Positions 9,240 through 20,000 of a stretch of DNA of 64,000 nucleotides are shown here, in pieces (position 1 is the stretch's first letter; each line of letters begins with the position of its first letter). The stretch spans positions 108 to 64,107 of the forward strand of contig DAOUOW010000001.1 in assembly GCA_030626475.1 (NCBI GenBank), written 5' to 3'. The stretch is from Chloroflexota bacterium (GTDB lineage: Bacteria > Chloroflexota > Dehalococcoidia > E44-bin15). The notes beneath the pieces were generated by a model, which was not told the origin of the DNA, did not search any database, and saw only the letters and a program-made list of their open reading frames with translations. Made by a program: the position numbers and the translations under genes.

Positions 9240-10025
9240 ATGGCAAAATGGGCAGAGTTGGGGCGTGATTTGAGGGACCAATTTCGGTTGAAGGCGTATC
9301 CGATAGGCTTCAAGCATTTTGACACTCCAGAGGAGCTTGACCAGATACCGAACCTGAAGCGGATGGAGCACTATTTTGTCTTTTGCCAGATGCTAGCTCA
9401 AGCACGTAACTGGGGGATTACGGTGGGGGCTAAGAATAGAGATAAGATGTTCGCCCACTGCCAGATGATCCATGGTCTGAGACCGGTGCGCCCTGAGATG
9501 TTTGAAATACCACCTGCTGGTACGGAGATGCCGGAGGGCATGGCCAGATATGTGAGCAGTTGGGAGGATAACGTGAAGCGAAATACAGCCTTCCCTCGAA
9601 TACCGGTGGGGGGTGCAGTGGCGCTGGCTCCTCTGGCAACGATAACGTTTGACCCTGATGTCATCATTGTCTATGGTGACCCTTCTCAGATCGTTCTGAT
9701 GATCCAGTCTATGCAGAAAATCGAGTTCGAACGTTTTGAGTTTGCCTGCATTGGTGAGTCGTCTTGTGCTGACTCACTGGTGGAGTGCTACTTGACGGGG
9801 AAGCCAAAGGTCGGACTGCCCGGTTACGGGGAGCGTGCGCTTGGACACGTGAGGGATGAAGATCTGGTACTCGCGCTTCCACCTTCTTACTTAGACAGGG
9901 TACTGGATGGGTTCCGTGAACTGCGTAAGACGGGCGTAAGTTATCCGGTTGCCCTTGCCGGCATTGATATAGATATCGCAGCTCCTACCTCAAATATCTA
10001 TGATAAAGCTGTAAATATATCGTGA
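9240..10025 (+). CDS. DUF169 family protein
   Basis: PIGFKHF, DPDVIIVYGDPSQ and CIGESSCADS...GYGER segments match the DUF169 (COG2043) pattern. The ATG at 9240 follows AAAGGAG; the ORF-track start at 9204 is less likely. Confidence 0.6.
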   Translation: MAKWAELGRDLRDQFRLKAYPIGFKHFDTPEELDQIPNLKRMEHYFVFCQMLAQARNWGITVGAKNRDKMFAHCQMIHGLRPVRPEMFEIPPAGTEMPEGMARYVSSWEDNVKRNTAFPRIPVGGAVALAPLATITFDPDVIIVYGDPSQIVLMIQSMQKIEFERFEFACIGESSCADSLVECYLTGKPKVGLPGYGERALGHVRDEDLVLALPPSYLDRVLDGFRELRKTGVSYPVALAGIDIDIAAPTSNIYDKAVNIS

Positions 10026-10323
10026 TACGACCTGTTGAAGAAGTAGGCGTGATTTCTTGTGTGAATTGTCAGCGAAAATGGGACACATTTGGGACAAGAG
10101 CTAATGGACACTCTGGGGCTTGTTCCTGCTCTCCGAAGAAAGTAGAGCATCGTCTGAAGAAAGGCAGGACGTCGATTGCACAAACGTCCATCTTGTTCAG
10201 CTAGAACAAAAAGGCTTGACCACGCTATTATAGCCAGCCCTTTCTCTGCTCCAGGCCCCTAGCTCTAAAAGCGTGCAAGCTGCCCTGCTGCTTTGGTTCT
10301 AGCTTTGGCTGTGCTCCTAGCCC

Positions 10324-11778
10324 CTATGCCTGGGCCCTCCTCTCATAATATTGAACCACCTTGGCTATCGCCCTGGCGGCCCGCTCCAGGCTGGGATACA
10401 CGGGAATGCCATTACGCAAGTAGAAATCGCGAAATTGCCGCCTCGCCTTTTCTGCCTCCAGCATGTCCACATCGGTGCCCCCCACGGGCAAGACCATTAT
10501 CACTGGCTTTCCAGAGTTGGTCTTGATATCCACCGGGATTTGAAGGGAATCAGAGATGGAACTTCCCTTGGTATCGAAGAAGTGTCTCCACCTCTCCCCT
10601 CTGAACAGGTGCAGGGCCTGGGTAGCAATGATGGTATCTACTCCTTCGGCGGCGGCCACCTTTTGCCAAATCCTGTGCCATATTCCAGCGGGGACCACTG
10701 GTGCCCCCACGTCCACTGGGTTGCGCACCGCTGTCCCTGCTGGGGGCAGGATTTGCTTTAGCTCCCGCTGCAGCGGCTCGTTGAAAGCCGGGATGTGGAG
10801 ACCCGCCTGGTTGCAGGCGTCGGTGGCGGCTACACTGATACCACCCCCACCCCCAATCACCGCCACCCGCCGACCTGTGGAGACGGGCAAATGCATGAGG
10901 GCAACCGCAGTATCGATGATCTCCTCCAGGCTGCCCACTCGAAGGGCACCCGTTTGCTTGAAAAGAGCATCCCAGGTGGTTTCCTCGCCACTGAGGGAGG
11001 CGGTGTGGGAGTTCACCGCCCTGGCGCCATCCTGGGTAAGCCCTGCCTTCCAGATAAGGACGGGCTTGGTCTGTGAGACCACCTGAACCAGGTGGCGGAA
11101 ACGTTCCCCCTGGCGGGGACCCTCGATATAAGCGGCGATGATCTTGGTATCCGAATCCTGGGCTAGGTATTCCAGCAGGTCTGCTTCGTTTATATCGCAG
11201 GCGTTGCCGTAGCTTATGACCTTGCTGAAGCTGATGCCCCATCCTCTGGCCTGCCGCGCCAGCTCCACAGCGTGGCCTCCGCTCTGGGAGATGAAGGCTA
11301 TGGGCCCAGTCTCCTTGGGGAAGTCGGCACCGGGAAGCAGGGTCATGCCCCCGCCAGGACAGTAGACTCCGAAGCAATTGGGTCCGATGACGCGGATGCC
11401 CCTTCTGGCAATCTCCGCCAGCCGGGCCTCTAGTTGGCGTCCTTCCTCTTCACCTGTTTCCCCGAAGCCAGCAGTGAAAATCTCGGCGGCTTTGACTCCT
11501 CGGGCCAAGCAATCCTCCAGCACCTGGGGCACGACCGGCGCCGGAACGGTGATAGCGGCGAAATCCACGGGTTGGGGGACGTCCCTTACCGTGGGATACG
11601 CCTTCAGCCCAGAAACCTCCACCTGCCGGGGGTTGATGGGATAAAGCGCCCCCCGATAGCCAAATTCCTGGAGGGTCCTCAAGAACCGGGCCCCAAATTT
11701 GCGTTCATCGTTGGAGGCCCCGATCACAGCCATGGATTTGGGATAGAAGATGGGCTCAAATTCCTTGAGCTTTTCCAT
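10324..11778 (-). CDS. Acyl-CoA synthetase (NDP-forming), alpha-type CoA-binding/ligase-CoA protein
   Basis: MAVIGASNDERKFG CoA-binding N-terminus, succinyl-CoA-synthetase-like flavodoxin and ligase-CoA domains, and a GISVAATDAC stretch. Start taken at MEKLKEF (11778); the longer ORF-track extension lacks an RBS. Confidence 0.7.
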   Translation of the reverse strand: MEKLKEFEPIFYPKSMAVIGASNDERKFGARFLRTLQEFGYRGALYPINPRQVEVSGLKAYPTVRDVPQPVDFAAITVPAPVVPQVLEDCLARGVKAAEIFTAGFGETGEEEGRQLEARLAEIARRGIRVIGPNCFGVYCPGGGMTLLPGADFPKETGPIAFISQSGGHAVELARQARGWGISFSKVISYGNACDINEADLLEYLAQDSDTKIIAAYIEGPRQGERFRHLVQVVSQTKPVLIWKAGLTQDGARAVNSHTASLSGEETTWDALFKQTGALRVGSLEEIIDTAVALMHLPVSTGRRVAVIGGGGGISVAATDACNQAGLHIPAFNEPLQRELKQILPPAGTAVRNPVDVGAPVVPAGIWHRIWQKVAAAEGVDTIIATQALHLFRGERWRHFFDTKGSSISDSLQIPVDIKTNSGKPVIMVLPVGGTDVDMLEAEKARRQFRDFYLRNGIPVYPSLERAARAIAKVVQYYERRAQA

Positions 11779-12031
11779 GCTTTCGGATTTTCTCTTCTGT
11801 TTCATTCCTTGACTTGGACTGCTGGCGACCTGCTTGGGATATTGACCTGCCCCCAGTAATTGTACCACTTGTTAAGTTAGAGTTGAAGGTATTAGAGCCG
11901 GCTGTATAGCCTCAGGAGCTGGAGGTCGGTACCCAAGAGGCATTGGCAGACATCTAAAGGCGAAGGTAAAAGCCATCCCAACTTGTGGGAGATTAGAAGC
12001 ACTCTTTAGGTCCTCGCCAGCACCATCTCTC

Positions 12032-12670
12032 TCACAATTGTGATTGTATTCGGAACCTCCCCGCTTTTAGCTCGGTTATCAGCTCTTGAACATTCCTAAT
12101 CCGCCGTTGGAAAAAAGTGGCGCAGGAGCCAATGTCCGAAATCTCATGAGCATCGCTTGAGGCCACGCCCCTGAGGTCTAGTTCCCTGCTTATCTTGATG
12201 GAAAAGGCGTTCTCCTCCTCCGAGCCCCTGCCGTTCAATACTTCGATCGCATCTGCAATCTCGAAAACGGGGTTGTTGCAGGCGCGGGTGAGCGCCGGAT
12301 AATACCGCTCATCTTCGGGCTCGGAACCGATGGGAAAGTGGCGGCGGTAAGGATGGGCGATAATAATGGCACCGCCAGCCTCATCCGCCAACTTCCTGAC
12401 AAAGGAGGCATGGTGCATGCCGAAGACATACTTCTTCAGCCCGAAGACCAGCAGGTGTGCTTCCTCGGTGGTTATCTCCACGCCAGGAAGGACGAGGAAA
12501 TTGTGCCTTTGGCACAACTCCCTTATCTCCTCATCCTCCCAGAACCAGTCGTGCTCGGTGAGGCAGATAGCATCGAGACCAGCGCGTTTGGCCTGAGCGA
12601 TAAGCTCGTCAGGCTTCAGGTAGCTATCGTCTGACCTCGGGGTAGTGTGGGTATGAAGATCAATGAGCAT
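12032..12670 (-). CDS. PHP-domain metal-dependent phosphoesterase
   Basis: MLIDLHTHT N-terminus and further His/Asp metal ligands. 212 aa. Confidence 0.75.
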   Translation of the reverse strand: MLIDLHTHTTPRSDDSYLKPDELIAQAKRAGLDAICLTEHDWFWEDEEIRELCQRHNFLVLPGVEITTEEAHLLVFGLKKYVFGMHHASFVRKLADEAGGAIIIAHPYRRHFPIGSEPEDERYYPALTRACNNPVFEIADAIEVLNGRGSEEENAFSIKISRELDLRGVASSDAHEISDIGSCATFFQRRIRNVQELITELKAGRFRIQSQL

Positions 12671-12686
12671 TTTTCTGACTTCCGCC

Positions 12687-14420
12687 TTATCGCCCCCTCA
12701 CCAGGGACCAAAGGGTGTGTAGCGGCCTTAGCGTGATCAAGGCTGTAGGCAGCTCCAGCTCCCGTTTCTCACACACCGTGGAGATGCTCACCCGGTCGAT
12801 GGTGGGTTTAAGCTGAGACAGTTGCTCCTCGGGGCTTGGTTGGCCGTCGCAAACTATGTCATCGATGCGATGGAGCATTTCCAGGGCTGTGTTTATGCGC
12901 TCTTCTGTGGCTTCAGCCACCTTCCTGGAGATCAGGTCATGCTTTGCCTTGAGCCGATTGAGGCGTAGCCCTGCCTCATAGGAGGTGTCGACGATGTCCT
13001 GGCGGCTCATCCACTGCGTCTCGTAGTTGAGGGTATACTTCCAGCTGGGCTCAAGCAAAGCCTGGCGATGCTCCTCCAGACTGCGGAAAAGAACTCGGTA
13101 GCCATGGCGCTCGGATTCTTCAAAGGCGAGGCTGCCGGGGTCGAGAAAGGGCGCCAGGGGGGAGATGAAGGGGGAAAATCGCTCGTCCCCGCTGAACTTG
13201 TCAAGCAGATAGCCGCAGTAGTCGATGGTATCCAGCACCGATTTCGGCGTCTGTTGAGGGATGCCGATCATGTAGAAAACATCCAGCCGGCCACAGCCTG
13301 CTGACAGGGCAGCCTCCAGGGTTTCCTCCAGATCCTCGTTGGAGTAATGCTTGCCTGTAGCCTTTCGCACCTCGGGGTCGTGGGTTTCGGGCGAGATTTG
13401 GAGGCAGAATCCAGGGCAGGCCTCGCCAATTTTGCTCAAGAGTTCCCTGGGCACAGGGCGGAATAACTCAAAGATAATCTGGTTTTTCACTCGCTCCTCG
13501 GCCAGTAGCTGGAGAAGATGATGCGCATATTCCTCCCCTGGCTGGCGGATATCGCCCAGGATGAAGATTGGGCCTCTGCTAATGAGGCTTATCCTTTTCA
13601 CATCATAGGCCACTGCCTCCGCACTGCGGAAGGCGGGGTAGTCTCGATTAAACTTTCGACGGAAGGCGGCAGCAGAGCCGCCGCAAAAGACGCAGTTCTG
13701 GGTGCAGCCGCGACAGGTGAGCACTGCGGTGATGGGATAGCGCAGCCAGCGCCTGAAGGGAAGGTAACTGGCAAGGTCGCGGTATCTGATTACTGATTGC
13801 ACCGTATAGTCATAATAACGAACCATGACATCGCTGAGCTCACTAGGCACATGTGAAAGCGGGTTTTGGTGCACCTCACCCTTCTCGTCGCGCCAGGTAA
13901 GATTGGGCACTTGTTGCAGTTCTTTCCCCTTCAGGATGCAATCCATCAATTGGCGGAAGGGCTCCTCGGTGGTATCGCCGCGGAGGACATAATCGACCTC
14001 GGGATAATTCATTAGCTCCTGATGGTAGCAAGAGGCGCTGAGGCCGCCGATAACCAATTTTGATTCCGGGTGATGGCTTTTCACCAGGCGGGCGATCTCG
14101 ATGGCACCGTGGGCGTGGGGGAGCCAGTGGAGATCGATGCCATATACCGGCGCATTTAGATTCTGGATCAGCTTTGGGACGTCAAAATTTTGGTCTCTGA
14201 GCATCCGCACCGCCAGATTGAAGATGCGCACCTGGTAGCCAGCGCGCTCCAGATACTCAGCGATGCTGGTAAATCCTATGGGATACATTTCGAAGATGGG
14301 AGATGGAGGAATGAGGTCGCTTATGGGGCCATAGAGAATCGTCCGCTGGCGGAAGTCATAAACAGTGGGAGGGTGAAGCAGAATTAGGTCCGGTTGGGGC
14401 AATGAAAAGGCTCCTTTCAA
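12687..14420 (-). CDS. B12-binding-domain radical SAM protein
   Basis: N-terminal cobalamin-binding-like Rossmann region. CTQNCVFC (CxxxCxxC) radical SAM cluster motif. 577 aa. Confidence 0.8.
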   Translation of the reverse strand: MKGAFSLPQPDLILLHPPTVYDFRQRTILYGPISDLIPPSPIFEMYPIGFTSIAEYLERAGYQVRIFNLAVRMLRDQNFDVPKLIQNLNAPVYGIDLHWLPHAHGAIEIARLVKSHHPESKLVIGGLSASCYHQELMNYPEVDYVLRGDTTEEPFRQLMDCILKGKELQQVPNLTWRDEKGEVHQNPLSHVPSELSDVMVRYYDYTVQSVIRYRDLASYLPFRRWLRYPITAVLTCRGCTQNCVFCGGSAAAFRRKFNRDYPAFRSAEAVAYDVKRISLISRGPIFILGDIRQPGEEYAHHLLQLLAEERVKNQIIFELFRPVPRELLSKIGEACPGFCLQISPETHDPEVRKATGKHYSNEDLEETLEAALSAGCGRLDVFYMIGIPQQTPKSVLDTIDYCGYLLDKFSGDERFSPFISPLAPFLDPGSLAFEESERHGYRVLFRSLEEHRQALLEPSWKYTLNYETQWMSRQDIVDTSYEAGLRLNRLKAKHDLISRKVAEATEERINTALEMLHRIDDIVCDGQPSPEEQLSQLKPTIDRVSISTVCEKRELELPTALITLRPLHTLWSLVRGR

Positions 14421-14534
14421 TAACCATGATACCTAACCTGAACGGGAGAGGTCAATAGCCAAAGGGCTATTCGCTCGCTTTCCTCCCTAATCATCATATG
14501 TTATTATTATGCACAGAGTCAAAGGAGTAAGCAT

Positions 14535-14906
14535 TTGCTGGAGAACTTCGGTTACATCGGGATTTTTCTCGTTGCCGCCCTTCTTTTCACCTTCACCATG
14601 ATAACGCTTCCCCTTCTCCTCAGGCGTTTCCGTATCGTCCCCAATAAGCCCAACCCGGTAAAGAGCTCCACCTATGAATGTGGCATGGATACCGTGGGCA
14701 AGTCCTGGATTCAATTCAACTTCCGCTACTATTTTTACGCCCTGCTCTTCGTGATCTTTGATATCCAGGTGGTTTTTGTCTATCCCTGGGCGGCAGCCAT
14801 GGGAGAGCTTAAGCTCTTTGGCCTAGTAGTGATGGCGGCTTTCTTTTTGATCGTGATTGTCGGCTTTGTCTATGCCTGGAGAAAGGGGGTTCTGGAATGG
14901 AAATAG
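14535..14906 (+). CDS. nuoA: NADH-quinone oxidoreductase subunit A
   Basis: 123 aa with 3 TM helices and a YECG motif. TTG start after AAAGGAG. Confidence 0.9.
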   Translation: MLENFGYIGIFLVAALLFTFTMITLPLLLRRFRIVPNKPNPVKSSTYECGMDTVGKSWIQFNFRYYFYALLFVIFDIQVVFVYPWAAAMGELKLFGLVVMAAFFLIVIVGFVYAWRKGVLEWK

Positions 14907-15493
14907 AGATACCCTACTCCAGCAGCAAGCTCGATCACGCCGAGGGTCTTGAGATCGAGGCCCTGATTGAAGTTTCCCAGGAGCCTTACCCCGATCCGGT
15001 CGCCTGGCTGGAGGAGGAGGTGAAGAGGAATGTCCTGGTTACCTCCATTGATCACATCTTAGATTGGGGCCGACGCTACTCAGTCTGGCCGATAAACTTC
15101 GGGCTAGCCTGTTGCGCCTTCGAGATGATCGCCACCGCAGTATCCAGGTTTGACATCGCTCGCTTCGGCATGGAGCTTCTGCGCCCCTCGCCGCGCCAGG
15201 CAGACCTCATGATTGTAGCCGGAACCGTGACCTGGAAGATAGCGCCAGCGCTGAAGCGAATCTATGAGCAGATGCCAGAGCCAAAGTGGGTCATCGCCAT
15301 GGGGGTATGTGCCATCAGTGGCGGGCCTTTTCGCGACTCCTACAGTGTAGTGCCGGGGGTGAACCGCATCGTGCCCGTGGATGTCTATGTCCCCGGATGC
15401 CCACCGCGTCCCGAGGCGCTTCTCCACGGGATTATCATGCTTCATGAGAAGATTAGCAGGGAGACTTTGGCGAAGGGCAGGGAGGATGACTAA
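14897..15493 (+). CDS. nuoB: NADH-quinone oxidoreductase subunit B
   Basis: [16 protein letters not shown] and VPGCPP motifs, which are the N2 cluster ligands. Confidence 0.9.
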   Translation: MEIEIPYSSSKLDHAEGLEIEALIEVSQEPYPDPVAWLEEEVKRNVLVTSIDHILDWGRRYSVWPINFGLACCAFEMIATAVSRFDIARFGMELLRPSPRQADLMIVAGTVTWKIAPALKRIYEQMPEPKWVIAMGVCAISGGPFRDSYSVVPGVNRIVPVDVYVPGCPPRPEALLHGIIMLHEKISRETLAKGREDD

Positions 15494-15941
15494 GCCCCTT
15501 TCCCCCTCAGAGGTCGCCAGGCAAATAGGGGAGCACATCCCTGATGCTGTCACCGATTCCAATGAAAGCGCCGTCTATGTCAAGGGTGAAGCCCTTTTCG
15601 AGGTGGCGCGCCTGCTTAAAGAGAATCTTGACCTCGACTACCTCGCCACCATCACCGCTGTAGACTTTTTGGAACATTTTGAGCTGATTTATCACTTGAC
15701 CTCGATTACAAAAAACCACAGCGTTATCCTAAAGACACGGTGCGAAAAGGGCGAAAAGGGCGAAAAAGTGCCTTCGGTGGTCAGCTTATGGCAGGGTGCC
15801 GATTTACAGGAAAGGGATATCTTTGACCTCATGGGAATCGCCTTCACCGGGCATCCCAATCTCAAGCGCATCTTCCTCTGGGATGGATATAAGGGGCACC
15901 CGCTGAGAAAGGACTGGTCGAAAAATGGCGCTCAAGACTGA
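15486..15941 (+). CDS. nuoC: NADH-quinone oxidoreductase subunit C
   Basis: NuoC 30-kDa family pattern ([10 protein letters not shown]). The ATG at 15486 follows GGAGG and overlaps the nuoB stop; the ORF-track start at 15381 is internal to nuoB. Confidence 0.85.
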   Translation: MTKPLSPSEVARQIGEHIPDAVTDSNESAVYVKGEALFEVARLLKENLDLDYLATITAVDFLEHFELIYHLTSITKNHSVILKTRCEKGEKGEKVPSVVSLWQGADLQERDIFDLMGIAFTGHPNLKRIFLWDGYKGHPLRKDWSKNGAQD

Positions 15942-17028
15942 GCCAGTAATGATCAACTTCGGTCCCCAGCACCCTTCAACCCACGGGGTGTTTCGAATGA
16001 GGATAACCTTTGATGGCGAGGTGATCGTCGATCTGGAGCCGGTATTTGGCTACCTCCATCGCGGCATTGAGAAGCTGGCCGAGTCCAAGACCTATACCCA
16101 GGTCATTCCCTATACCGATAGGCTGGACTACCTTGCTTCCATGTCCAACAACTTCGCCTATGTGATGGCAGTGGAGAAGCTGGCCGACATCGAGGTTCCG
16201 GAGCGGGCCCAATATCTGAGGGTGATCATGGCCGAGCTAATGCGCATCGCCAGTCACCTTATCGCCGTGGGCGCCTTTTTCAACGACCTGGGTGCCTTCT
16301 TCACCCCCTTTATGTACATGTTCCGCGAGCGTGAGAAGATCCTGGACCTGTTTGAGATGGTATGCGGGCAGCGCCTGACCTATAACTATATGCGCATTGG
16401 CGGGGTGAGCCACGACATTCCCGAGGAATTCTTGCCCGCTCTCAGGCGGTTTATCGATGAAATGCCCGGTTTCATTGAGGAATACGATTGGCTCCTCGCT
16501 GAGAACGAAATCGTGCTGGCGCGCACCAAGGGGGTGGGGGTTTTGCCTCCCGAGAAGGCGATCAATGCCTCGGCCAGCGGTCCCATGCTGCGTGCCAGCG
16601 GGGTGAAATGGGATATTCGCAAGGCTGACCCCTATTCGGTATATGATCGCTTCGACTTTGCAATCCCGGTGGGCACGATGGGCGATGCCTATGACCGCTA
16701 CTGGGTGAGGATTCAGGAGATCACGCAGAGCACGCACATCGTGAAGCAGGCTATAGAGCAGCTTCCAGTAGGGGAGATTCGAACTAAGGTTCCCACCATG
16801 CTGCGACCGCCCAAAGGGGAGGCTTATGCCCACATCGAGTCGCCGAGGGGTGAGCTGGGTTTCTACCTGGTGAGCGACAACTCCCCCTACCCCTATCGGT
16901 TCAAGGTCCGCGCCCCATCGCTGATAAACCTCACCGTGCTCCGCGACCTGTGTGTCGGCTGGAAGCTGGCTGATGCCATCGCCATCTTGGGCAGCATTGA
17001 CATCGTTTTGGCCGAGGTGGACCGCTAG
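15925..17028 (+). CDS. nuoD: NADH-quinone oxidoreductase subunit D
   Basis: [14 protein letters not shown]-terminus, 367 aa. Confidence 0.9.
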   Translation: MALKTEPVMINFGPQHPSTHGVFRMRITFDGEVIVDLEPVFGYLHRGIEKLAESKTYTQVIPYTDRLDYLASMSNNFAYVMAVEKLADIEVPERAQYLRVIMAELMRIASHLIAVGAFFNDLGAFFTPFMYMFREREKILDLFEMVCGQRLTYNYMRIGGVSHDIPEEFLPALRRFIDEMPGFIEEYDWLLAENEIVLARTKGVGVLPPEKAINASASGPMLRASGVKWDIRKADPYSVYDRFDFAIPVGTMGDAYDRYWVRIQEITQSTHIVKQAIEQLPVGEIRTKVPTMLRPPKGEAYAHIESPRGELGFYLVSDNSPYPYRFKVRAPSLINLTVLRDLCVGWKLADAIAILGSIDIVLAEVDR

Positions 17029-20000
17029 TGAATGTTCTGGAGCAATTTCACGATTGGCTCATGAACTACTGGCCCTCCTGGGCAGCTTACCTGGTGCCGG
17101 CGCTGGTTGCCTTCGTCGTCCTCTCCGCCTTCATCACACTGGTAGTGATGGCCTTTATCTATATCGAGCGTCGGGGAATAGGCAGGTTCCAGATTCGCCG
17201 TGGCCCCAACCGTGCCGGCCCCTTTGGCATCCTGCAACCGGTGGCGGATGCGATAAAGGTGCTGGTAAAGGAAGACATTATCCCCGCCGCCAGCGATCGC
17301 TGGATTCACTGGCTAGCTCCAGTCATCGCCTTCGTCCCCGCTATGGCAATCTTTGCTGTTATACCCTTTGAGGGGAGGGCAATCTTTGCCGACCTTAACA
17401 TCGGCATTCTTTACATAATCGCTATCTCCTCCCTGGGCGTGATCGGGGTTTTTATGGCCGGCTGGGGATCCAATAATAAATTTTCGATGATCAGCGCCAT
17501 GCGCTCCATAGCCCAGATGGTAAGCTATGAAATCCCACTGGTGCTTTCCATTGCCGGGGTGCTCATAATCGCCGGATCCCTCTCCATGACGAGCATCGTA
17601 GAGGCACAGAATGTCCCCTTCTTCCTGCTCCAACCCCTGGGATTCCTGATCTTCTTCATCGCCGCTGCCGCCGAGCTCCAGCGCACCCCTTTCGACCTCC
17701 TGGAAGCGGAGTCCGAGATCGTCGCCGGCTACCATATCGAATACTCGGGGATGAAGTTCGCCCTCTTCTACCTCGGGGAGTACACCCATGCCTTCGCCAT
17801 TTCTGCCATCGTGGCCACCCTTTTCCTCGGTGGCTGGCACGGCGTGCTGCTGCCCGGCGCCCTGTGGTTCATGATAAAGGTATTTTTGGTCTTTGGTGCT
17901 CTTATCTGGGTTCGCAGCACACTGCCCCGACTGAGGGTGGACCAACTGATGGCCTTTGCCTGGAAATGTCTTTTCCCCCTGGCGGTGATCAACCTCTTTG
18001 TCACCGCAATCGAGGTTGTCATTTGGCCTGAGTTTCCATGGCAGCTTATGATCCTCAATATCCTCATTGCCGCCCTGTTGATAGTCCTGTGGTCGGGCTT
18101 CTTCAGGGTAGCAGGGGAGAGGGTGCGCTTCAAAAGATACGGGCGAGGCATTGGCAAGGGCATGACGGTAACCTTCGGGCATCTCTTTCGCCCCCCGATC
18201 ACAGTACAGTATCCAGAGCAGAGGCTCACCGTTTCCAAGCGGGCCCGAGGTAACCGGTTTATTTGGGATGATAGTAAGCGTGCCCCCTGTGTGTTGGCGT
18301 GTCCTGCCAGGGTGGATGCTCAGGGCTATGTCACCCTTATTTCCCAGGGCAAGTTTAAGGAGGCACTTGAACTCGTCAGGCGAAATCTTCCTTTCCCAGC
18401 CGTCTGTGGTAGAGTTTGCACTCATCCGTGCGAAACAGCATGCAATCGGGGGAAGATAGATGAACCCATCGCTATCCGCGACCTCAAGCGCTTCCTGGCT
18501 GACTACGAAATGAGAGCGGAGGAAGAAGAGATAACCCCTGCTCCACGCACCAAAGAGGAAAGGGTGGCTATTATTGGCTCAGGTCCAGGAGGTTTAACTG
18601 CAGCTCGTGATCTGGTAAACATGGGCTATGGGGTGACCGTCTTTGAAGCGCTCCCTATTCCTGGCGGGATGCTGGCTGTGGGTATTCCAGAGTATCGCTT
18701 GCCCAAGGACATACTTCAAAAAGAGATCGAGGCTATTCAAAAACTCGGTGTCGAGATAAGGCTGAACAGCCCTGTAGGCAAAGATGGCCTGACCCTGGAG
18801 GCTCTTTACAAGCAGTATGAAGCAATTCTTGTGGCTGTGGGTGCCCACGACAGCATGAGACTGAATATCCCCGGTGAGGAATTTGAGGGCGTGTATCACG
18901 GTGTTTCCTTCCTCAGAGATGTAAGCCTGGGTAAAGAGGTCAAGGTGGGGGAAAGGGTGGCCATAATTGGCGGGGGTAACGTAGCTATCGATGCTGCCAG
19001 AACAGCCCTCCGACTTGGCTCCAAGGAAGTAATCATTGTCTATCGGAGGTCAAGGCAGGAGATGCCCGCCAGCGAGGAGGAGATAGAAGAGGCTGAGCAT
19101 GAGGGGATCAAGCTCAATTATCTGGCGGCGCCGGTCAAAGTCCTGGGCAAGCAAGGAAAGGTAGTGAGCTTGGAGTGTATTCGGATGGAGTTGGGCGAAC
19201 CTGATGACAGCGGCAGAAGGCGCCCAATACCTGTTGAGGGGTCTGAATTTGTCCTTGACATCGACATGCTCATCCCGGCCATCGGTCAAACCCCTGACCT
19301 CGCCTTCCTACCAGGGGACCATGAATTCCTCATAACAGCTAGAGGAACGTTTGAGGCCGATCCTGCCTCTTTAGCTACTAATATACCTGGCATATTCGCC
19401 TGCGGCGATGCCGTAACCGGACCGGCTACAGCTATTGAGGCGGTAGCAGCTGGAAGCAAAGCCGCCATCGCCATTGATATCTACCTCCGTGGGGAAGAAG
19501 TGGTGCTAGAGGAAAGGCTACCGCTACATGAGGTAGTTATTGAGGATATGGATACCAGTGACATAGTGAGTAAGGATAGGCAGCCTCTGCCTCATCTCTC
19601 CCTCAGGGAAAGAACCCCCGGATTTAAGGAAGTAAATCTCGGCTTTACAGAGGAAATGGCTGCAGAAGAAGCCAATAGGTGCCTCAACTGTGGTGTTTGC
19701 TCTTGGTGTCAACAGTGTGAAAAGGCATGCCCCCAGGGGGTTATCAAGATAGAATGGGACCGCACTCAGGAGGAGGAGCTAGGGGTGAAAAGGTTTGACA
19801 TCGACCTTACAGCCTGCATATTCTGTGGCCTGTGCATCGAGGCATGCCCCGCCCACAGGCTTTATTTCGAGAGAGGCTATGAGACATCCACCTACTGCTT
19901 CGGAGACATAGCGCTGGATAAGGAGGGGCTAAGACCATCCCCCCAGAAGCAGCCGAGCGCCTATGCCCGACCCGAGCTTGAGCCGACCTTGCCCCAACAG

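Noticed and set aside
10550-11377. 275-aa Pro/Arg/Gly-rich ORF inside the acyl-CoA synthetase gene
   Set aside because: It is an alternative frame of a well-supported gene with a low-complexity translation.
15722-15751. Short tandem repeat cgaaaagggcgaaaagggcgaaaaa
   Set aside because: It lies within nuoC and encodes EKGEKGEK. This is a coding microsatellite, not a CRISPR or regulatory repeat.
17313-18425. 370-aa ORF on the minus strand inside the nuoH/nuoI gene, plus many other 60-150-aa ORFs antisense to or overlapping annotated genes throughout the window
   Set aside because: These are shadow ORFs typical of high-GC DNA. They have no RBS, no recognisable motifs and low-complexity Gly/Arg/Pro-rich translations.
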